Position numbers and translations under genes: made by a program
In this document: positions 57,871-64,000 of the stretch, piece after piece
How the letters are laid out: each line of letters begins with the position of its first letter
Position numbering within the stretch: position 1 is the first letter of the stretch
The notes under the pieces: model-generated
The model's input: the letters and a program-made list of their open reading frames with translations, nothing else
Databases searched by the model: none
What the model was told of the DNA's origin: nothing
Virus record (IMG/VR): IMGVR_UViG_3300015360_000035
Reading direction: 5' to 3' (one strand)
DNA: 64,000 bases
Source: an uncultured virus (IMG/VR IMGVR_UViG_3300015360_000035)
Lineage: Duplodnaviria > Heunggongvirae > Uroviricota > Caudoviricetes

Positions 57871-58311
57871 TTAATCCCATTTATAACAAAGATTATTAAG
57901 ATCTTTTTTTAATTGTTTAGATTTAAGTCTGGTAACAAAATGAATACAATCATCCCAATTAAATCCAACTAAAGGACATTCTACTTTTGTATAGAATTTT
58001 TCTGAATAAAAATCTAAATTATTAACAAAATCATATTTAAATAATCTAAATTTTCCATTAGCATAAAAAGAGGCATAATATTTATCTTTTTGTATAGAAA
58101 GTATTTTACTATAGTCTGCGCCACTATAAGTAACACAATCTCCTACTTTAAACTTATGCTCAACTTTATTTGGAATTAATGAATAAATAAAACCCGCGGT
58201 TACTATTACAGGAAGAATGCTTATAAAAACAAACTTAAATACCTTTTCTGTTAACGTTACTTTTTTCTTCATACTTCTTCTTTCACTTGCTAATTTTTCT
58301 TTAAGTTTCAT
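57871..58311 (-). CDS. Membrane-anchored hypothetical protein (KFKVGDC motif, similar to 59695..60018)
   Basis: TM followed by 'KF.VGDC'. Confidence 0.55.
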   Translation of the reverse strand: MKLKEKLASERRSMKKKVTLTEKVFKFVFISILPVIVTAGFIYSLIPNKVEHKFKVGDCVTYSGADYSKILSIQKDKYYASFYANGKFRLFKYDFVNNLDFYSEKFYTKVECPLVGFNWDDCIHFVTRLKSKQLKKDLNNLCYKWD

Positions 58312-58343
58312 CTAACACATTCTCCAATTTTTATGTTGTATTC

Positions 58344-58541
58344 TTAATCCGGTATCAAATTCTTCCTAGCCTTGATTTTTAAAATATCTTCATCGACCAA
58401 TCTGATATTGATTCGAGTAATTTTTTTTGCGGCTGCTTTAAAAGCGCCTTCTAACCGGAGTTTTTCAGTGGAGGACACTTCTTGATAATCTCCCCGGTCA
58501 ATGCTTCTCTTGATTTCTTGTTCTTCTTTACTTAATTTCAT
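58344..58541 (-). pseudogene. Truncated antitoxin-like (BrnA/CopG-type) fragment
   Basis: 'MKLSKEEQEI..S...G.....RINIRL...D...IKAR' then an abrupt end, lacking the usual GIPYQT segment. Confidence 0.5.
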
Positions 58542-58596
58542 CGCTCTTCCTTCTTTCTTAGGTATTTCTTTTTTAGCTTTCGATTTTCTTTAAAGG

Positions 58597-59664
58597 TCAT
58601 GATTTCTTCCCATGCGCTCTATTTTCTAATATGCCGGCATTAGTTATTTCTACTAGCTCAGCTTCTTCTTGAAACTCCTGAATAGTACTTGCTCCAACAT
58701 AAGACATTGCACTACGTAGTCCAGCGTCTAATCTTTCAATAGTGTGTTTAACTGGTCCAGAGTAAAGAACAGTAAATGAATCTCCTTCTGGTGTTCTATG
58801 AGGAGAAGTCTTACCTTGGACATCATAGGATGCTTGTGAGGCTGATCCTCTGTATTGTTTGTATTTAGTTTCTCCAATAACTAGTACATTAGGAGCTTCT
58901 GTTGCTCCTGCTAACAATTGGCCGCACATAACTGCCGTAGCTCCAGCTGCCAAAGCTTTTGCATAATCCCCAGATTCTTTAATTCCACCATCCATAATTA
59001 ATGGTTCGCCAATAAACTTAGCTTCATCTACATACATAGAAGCACTAAGAACTTTATTATGAGTTTGGATATCCAGCAATGAGGCTAATCCAGGGTAACC
59101 GCATCCTGTAACTACTCGAGTAATACAAGCAGATCCTCCACCTATGCCCAATTTAAATGCGTCAACTTTATGTTCTTTAAGATGTTTCTTAAATTCTACA
59201 ATAGACTGAGCTGTAGCAAAATTACCAGCAATAATGTAAATAGAACTTTCAAACCACTCACGTAACTTAATAACTTGCTCGACTGCTTGAATACTAGCTC
59301 CATGGGCAATATCCAAAACAAGATGTCTAGCTCCAGATTCAACTAAAGCTTTAGCTCTGCTTAGTTCCTTTTCTCCTACTCCAATAGACACCATCGTATA
59401 AGCTCCAGAATGCTTCACTGCATCAAATGCTTGTGCATTAGCCTCTATGTCCCAGAAGCGATGTAAACAGCTCATAGCGCCTGCTTCATACATTGCCTTG
59501 GCCATATCTACGGTAGTAACAGTGTCCATATTCGAAGAGATGATTGGAATGATGTTTAAACCTAAAAAGTTTACTTTACTATGTACTTCTGATCTAGATC
59601 TAATGGTACTGAATTTAGGTGTGATTAAAATGTCATCAAAGCTCAAAAGTTTTTTCATACGCAT
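58597..59664 (-). CDS. IMP dehydrogenase/GMP reductase family enzyme (no CBS domains)
   Basis: SNMDTVT, DIAHG, AGN, GIGGGSACITR, DGGI..GD.AKALAAGA, YRGSAS. Confidence 0.9.
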   Translation of the reverse strand: MRMKKLLSFDDILITPKFSTIRSRSEVHSKVNFLGLNIIPIISSNMDTVTTVDMAKAMYEAGAMSCLHRFWDIEANAQAFDAVKHSGAYTMVSIGVGEKELSRAKALVESGARHLVLDIAHGASIQAVEQVIKLREWFESSIYIIAGNFATAQSIVEFKKHLKEHKVDAFKLGIGGGSACITRVVTGCGYPGLASLLDIQTHNKVLSASMYVDEAKFIGEPLIMDGGIKESGDYAKALAAGATAVMCGQLLAGATEAPNVLVIGETKYKQYRGSASQASYDVQGKTSPHRTPEGDSFTVLYSGPVKHTIERLDAGLRSAMSYVGASTIQEFQEEAELVEITNAGILENRAHGKKS

Positions 59665-59694
59665 CTCCTCTAAGGATTATAACTTTATTAATTA

Positions 59695-60018
59695 TTAAAG
59701 ACAAGGTGTTTTTTTATTATTTGCATCTATAAGCTCAATTGATTCATCCTTCAATTTCCTAGCTTTAACCTCAGAAACTCCCGAGTAGCTAATCTTTGCA
59801 TTTAAAGGACATTCGAATAGGTATTTGCGTTTGCCTATCTTCTTAATCTCACAAACTTTATCTAAATCCCATTCTTCAGCTTCTTTATCAATGAAACAAT
59901 CACCTACTTGAAACTTATATTGATTATCAATAACTATTGTAATAGAAACTAAACTGGCTAATAATAGGCATCCAAATATAAATTTAAACATCGTCATCAT
60001 CCTCATTTGGAGCAGCAA
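59695..60018 (-). CDS. Membrane-anchored hypothetical protein
   Basis: TM followed by 'KFQVGDC'. Confidence 0.5.
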   Translation of the reverse strand: MLLQMRMMTMFKFIFGCLLLASLVSITIVIDNQYKFQVGDCFIDKEAEEWDLDKVCEIKKIGKRKYLFECPLNAKISYSGVSEVKARKLKDESIELIDANNKKTPCL

Positions 60019-60079
60019 GCATTAATTCCATAACAATAAACAACATAAATATAAAAATAACTAATGCCATACTAAAATC

Positions 60080-60364
60080 CTACTCTTCTTCTAATAGTTT
60101 GTCTAGATTATTATTAAAAGCTAATACTTTTTTATGTGTTACATAAGCAGGACTTAAAAGAAAGGTAGGAAAAATCTCAAATATGCTTCTATAGTAATTA
60201 GTATCTACGTGATAATAATGTGTATATAGTTTAGACAGTTCAGGTAAGTACTTTTTATTTACATCAAATATGAAATAAGTTGTATATTTATTAGTAGTAT
60301 TATTTTCTAAAATAAAGAAATCTTGAATAAAATATGTATGCCCTTCAACTTCATAAAACTTCAT
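60080..60364 (-). CDS. Hypothetical protein with C-terminal tag (FNNNLDKLLEEE)
   Basis: ORF track; motif. Confidence 0.65.
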   Translation of the reverse strand: MKFYEVEGHTYFIQDFFILENNTTNKYTTYFIFDVNKKYLPELSKLYTHYYHVDTNYYRSIFEIFPTFLLSPAYVTHKKVLAFNNNLDKLLEEE

Positions 60365-62590
60365 TTATTTAGCCTCGTCCCAACTATAAGCAATCAATGG
60401 GTCTGCTTTTAAGGGTACAGATAGTTTGACTGTATTTTCCATACAAGCTTTTAAAATAGGTTTTGCTCGTTCAGCATCTTCAGCTTTAATAATACAGCTT
60501 AATTCATCGTGAACCATGGTAACAATGCATCCCTGAATTCCTGCTGCTTTAAAACCTCTATTTGTAGCTATCATAGATCTATTGACTACATGAGCAGCAA
60601 CTCCTTGAATAGGAAAATTCTTAGCTAAATTTAACATGTTCTTAAACTTCCAACGTAGTTCATCTAGTCCATTTGCTTGAGCCCATTTTCTATCTAATAG
60701 TTTAAACCCATAAGCTTTGTATAATCGTTTCGCTTCTGGCAAGTGTCTAATTCTACCAAACTTTGTTTTCATAAATCCATTTAAGCATACAAACTTATCA
60801 CAATCAGACATATATTTTTTTAGTCCAGGATAAGCATCCAAATAGTCATCAATAATTTTTTGAGCTTCTTTATATTTAATTTTCATTAGTTTGGATATAC
60901 GTCCTGCTTCTGCTCCATAGACGACAGCTAATGCGACCACTTTTGCTTTCTGTCTATATTCTGGATACTTCTTCTTAACTTCATTTGCAGTACAATCTAA
61001 GTTCCAAATATTTTTAGCAATAGAACCATATAGATCTTCATTTTTAATAAATACTTGTTGTAATAGGTAATCTCCACAAGCCTCAGCAAATGCTCTAGGT
61101 TCCAATTGGCTATAATCTGCATTTAGGATTAGGTTTCCTTTACCTGCCACAAAACCTTTTTTTATCCCATTAACATATTTTAGTACTGTTTCTGACAACC
61201 CGCTATCTTCTTCTTTTACTCTAGGAAGGTTTTGAAGATTGGGGTCTCGACTAGAGTAGCGTCCGCTATCTGTTCCAAACTGAAGCATACTTCCATAAAT
61301 AACGCCATCAATATGACGTTCTAATAGACCTTCGATATAAGTTGTCTTAAGTTTAATAAGTTTTTTAAAGTCCAATAGAGTATTAATCCATTCATACTTA
61401 GATTTAATACTTTCTAAAAAATCTTCATCTACTTGAGGTTGATTACCCTCAGTAAAAGTTAAAGGCTTTTCTTTTAGTTTTTCAAAGAATAGCCATTTTA
61501 AATCATATACAGATTTTAAATTAAAGATGTAACTACTCTCATTTTCAAGATGATGCCAATACTGTTGAGTTTTAATAATTAAATCTAAATTTAAATCTTC
61601 TTCTTCTTTTAGCCAATGTAAGAAATTTCTATGCTCTTCTGTTTCAGGTTCTTGTATTTTATCAATTTCTTTTTTAGCTAAAGTTACTTTTCCATTCTTT
61701 TCTGGTAGAGTAAATCCAATCAATGTTGCAGCATGTTTAGGAAATAAGCCTGATCGCTTTGGGGGATGTTGTTCTTTTAATAATTCAGCTACATATTGTC
61801 TAGTTAATGGAGCAAGGTCTTCTTGTGTTTTCTTTTCTAAATTCTCAATCTCTTTGGAAATATTAAAGTTTAGATCTTTAAAATACTCAACATCAATTGG
61901 AAACCCCTGAATCTTCATAGGAATAGTTACTTCTTTATATAAAGGCATAATTTCATCAACATAAAAAAGTTTATCTAAATTTTCTAATTTAAGCTTTGGT
62001 TCAAATAGATTAAACAGCTTCATTGTGAGAATAGTATCATATGCACAATATTCGCCTAGAACCTCTAGGTCAGCTTTATACATCTCTACATTGTCTTTAT
62101 TTGTCTTACCGCCATTGTCTTTAATGTTTTGATATAGTTTATCCTGAGCTTTATCTGCCCATGCACCTAAATACTTTACTGCAGTTTCTTTTAAACCATG
62201 AGGACGATCTTCATTTAGAGTATGCTTTTGTAAAATAGTATCAGCATAAATATGATCGGTAAGATTAATATTCCAATTATAGAGTAGCACAAGAATATCA
62301 TAAATAATATTATGTCCTACTAGTTTTTTAGATAGGGATTGTTTATAAATCCAATCTTTAATAGATTCTTCTTGTTCAGCTGTCCAGTATTTGGTTGTAT
62401 CTTTATGCCTAATGGGAATGTAGAAAGCTTCATTTTCTTCAAAGCATAACCCTACGCCATATAGTTTAGCTTTCTTTTCAATCACACTATCTGTTTCAGT
62501 ATCGAGAGCTAGAAAACTATAAGTATTAATATCAACATATTCCTTTAACTGATGAAACTCTTCAATAGTTTTAATAATATGATGTTCCAA
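60365..62590 (-). CDS. polA: Family A DNA polymerase with 3'-5' exonuclease
   Basis: LDTET, HN..YD, YCAYD; DYSQLEPR, RQKAKVVALAVVYG, NFPIQG, VHDE. Confidence 0.95.
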   Translation of the reverse strand: MEHHIIKTIEEFHQLKEYVDINTYSFLALDTETDSVIEKKAKLYGVGLCFEENEAFYIPIRHKDTTKYWTAEQEESIKDWIYKQSLSKKLVGHNIIYDILVLLYNWNINLTDHIYADTILQKHTLNEDRPHGLKETAVKYLGAWADKAQDKLYQNIKDNGGKTNKDNVEMYKADLEVLGEYCAYDTILTMKLFNLFEPKLKLENLDKLFYVDEIMPLYKEVTIPMKIQGFPIDVEYFKDLNFNISKEIENLEKKTQEDLAPLTRQYVAELLKEQHPPKRSGLFPKHAATLIGFTLPEKNGKVTLAKKEIDKIQEPETEEHRNFLHWLKEEEDLNLDLIIKTQQYWHHLENESSYIFNLKSVYDLKWLFFEKLKEKPLTFTEGNQPQVDEDFLESIKSKYEWINTLLDFKKLIKLKTTYIEGLLERHIDGVIYGSMLQFGTDSGRYSSRDPNLQNLPRVKEEDSGLSETVLKYVNGIKKGFVAGKGNLILNADYSQLEPRAFAEACGDYLLQQVFIKNEDLYGSIAKNIWNLDCTANEVKKKYPEYRQKAKVVALAVVYGAEAGRISKLMKIKYKEAQKIIDDYLDAYPGLKKYMSDCDKFVCLNGFMKTKFGRIRHLPEAKRLYKAYGFKLLDRKWAQANGLDELRWKFKNMLNLAKNFPIQGVAAHVVNRSMIATNRGFKAAGIQGCIVTMVHDELSCIIKAEDAERAKPILKACMENTVKLSVPLKADPLIAYSWDEAK

Positions 62591-62599
62591 GAGCTTCCT

Positions 62600-63505
62600 T
62601 TATTCTAGTTCTTCTAACCTTTTAAGTACTGCTTCAGTTTGAGCGATTACGTCCCTTTTGTCAACAAAATAGGATATTGATTCAAGTAGCTTTCCCATTG
62701 CATCTGCTGTAGTCCAAAGTACTCCCATTGTAATCAATCCTTGAAAGAATGAAGGAGCAAGTAGTGCAAAAGGTAGAATAGCTGATATTTGACCAAACCC
62801 GCTTTGAAAGAAGCCTAGAACCTTATTTCTATAGGCCAAGTGTAACCAATTGAGTTTAACTTGCTCAAGGGATGGAATTTCTGTGTCACTCTTGACAAAG
62901 GTGATTAATTCTCGATTTAGATCCCCTTCCCGGCTCTGCTGTTCGTAGTCTAGCTTCACCAAAGGGTTGGCTAGGTACTTAGCTAATAAAGACCCTACAA
63001 TCGAGTATACAAGGGAGAATAGAGCGGTTTTAAAGCCTGCCACGCTTACTAGGATGTATAGGAAAATAGGGAACTGGATTAAGGATGTAACTAGTCCTAC
63101 AAGTAGGTTAATAGATAGTTGTGAGATTTGGATAGTGTCCCAAAGCAGACGCTGCTCAGGCACTGTACAATGAATAGTCTCTCTATTCGTCTTAAAATGA
63201 AGAGTGAAATGGTTATAAAGCAGTTCTCGCCAATGAAACTCTGTTTTTCTAGACCAGAAGCTGCTATAGCCTTTAAGAATAACTCCAGTCATTGCCAAGC
63301 CTGTAAAGATAAGCATAGCATTAATCCATTGTTGAAAGTTGTTCTTTTGGAAGGAGTCAATGAAATAGGTTCTCCAGTAAGTAATACCTGCTCCAAGGAG
63401 TACCGTAATAATAGTTGCACCAAGAACTAAGGAGATTAACTTTTTAGTTTCTTTTGTTTGCCATACTGGTTTTAATAATTTAAGTAGTCGTTTTAAAAAA
63501 TTCAT
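62600..63505 (-). CDS. SbmA/BacA-like transporter membrane domain (no NBD)
   Basis: Multiple TM helices; 'PEQRL..D', 'QSREGDL.REL', 'PF.LLAP.FF.G.IT.G'. Confidence 0.75.
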   Translation of the reverse strand: MNFLKRLLKLLKPVWQTKETKKLISLVLGATIITVLLGAGITYWRTYFIDSFQKNNFQQWINAMLIFTGLAMTGVILKGYSSFWSRKTEFHWRELLYNHFTLHFKTNRETIHCTVPEQRLLWDTIQISQLSINLLVGLVTSLIQFPIFLYILVSVAGFKTALFSLVYSIVGSLLAKYLANPLVKLDYEQQSREGDLNRELITFVKSDTEIPSLEQVKLNWLHLAYRNKVLGFFQSGFGQISAILPFALLAPSFFQGLITMGVLWTTADAMGKLLESISYFVDKRDVIAQTEAVLKRLEELE

Positions 63506-63732
63506 TCTAACACCTTTTCGAGCTCTTTATTGAAATCTATGATCTTTTGGTCATCAGGATGTATTCTATAATTAGAACCAGTACAATGCTTTATTAAATA
63601 AGATAATGAAAGTCGTATATTATTATGGAACAGTACTGTTTTTTTATCAATCTTTTTATACCATCTTAAATCAGTATTTGGTCTAGATGCCGTAATTCTA
63701 TAACCAGTATCTAATGCTTCTTTGAATGTCAT
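63502..63732 (-). CDS. 'KEALxTG' paralog family member 4, with C-terminal tag
   Basis: MTFKEALDTGYRI...WYKKI...IHPDDQKIIDFNKELEKVLE. Confidence 0.8.
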   Translation of the reverse strand: MTFKEALDTGYRITASRPNTDLRWYKKIDKKTVLFHNNIRLSLSYLIKHCTGSNYRIHPDDQKIIDFNKELEKVLE

Positions 63733-64000
63733 ATTAAACCTGAAAAATTATGATTATAGATTCTATCAACCCATTTTAAAAATACTTCTTGAGTTAATTG
63801 ATGCTTTGCTTGATTACAAATAAAACATGCTGTTACGCAATTAGAGGTTTCATAACCTAAATCATTATTAACTCTATCGATACCATTACAAAGTATTTGT
63901 TCTGGTTTATGCATACTATTATTTTGTCTAATATTTTGAGGTTTAGTTCCACAATAATGACAAGAGTTAAAAATTAACTGTTTAAATTCTTCTTTGTCTA
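63729..64000 (-). CDS. Partial HNH-type endonuclease, continues beyond the window
   Basis: Frame open to the window edge: EEFKQLIFNSCHYCG...NGIDRVNNDLGY..SNCVTACFICN.AK. Confidence 0.8.
   Translation of the reverse strand, partial: DKEEFKQLIFNSCHYCGTKPQNIRQNNSMHKPEQILCNGIDRVNNDLGYETSNCVTACFICNQAKHQLTQEVFLKWVDRIYNHNFSGLI

Noticed and set aside
1..64000. Stop-codon reassignment
   Set aside because: Core genes (TerL, portal, MCP, PolA) are full length in the standard code, and TAA, TAG and TGA all end genes at sensible positions.
1..64000. tRNA, rRNA genes or integrase
   Set aside because: None recognised by eye. tRNAscan was not run, so short tRNAs cannot be fully excluded.

Overview
A 64-kb, AT-rich, gene-dense segment of a large double-stranded DNA tailed phage with podovirus-like morphogenesis genes; it is not a cellular chromosome. 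It has three blocks. (1) 1-17.6 kb, mostly minus strand: small early/accessory genes, SLT transglycosylase, orphan HicA, a complete host-type IS (3562-5584) with a passenger gene, a non-coding repeat region, MoxR-type AAA+ ATPase plus VWA/metallopeptidase, a TAA1/alliinase-like PLP enzyme, peptide deformylase, DUF5664-type dNTP diphosphatase and an exonuclease. (2) 17.7-50.9 kb, plus strand: intein-containing terminase, portal, fibre-like proteins, scaffold, major capsid, a Mom-like/GIY-YIG fusion, M15 endolysin, tail and ejection proteins. (3) 50.9-64 kb, minus strand: exported proteases, HNH, dUTPase, phosphoesterase, IMPDH/GMP reductase, family A DNA polymerase and an SbmA/BacA-like transporter. 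The main unexplained pattern is a C-terminal motif, [FW]-N-x-x-[LI]-[EDK]-x-[IVL]-L-[DE], ending about 16 mostly unrelated small non-structural proteins; it may be a targeting or packaging tag. Three promoter classes can be read from the DNA: sigma70-like promoters that often give leaderless mRNA, two sigma54-like promoters, and a late motif AAATTAACAAGTA. All family calls are by motif recognition only; no database search was run.
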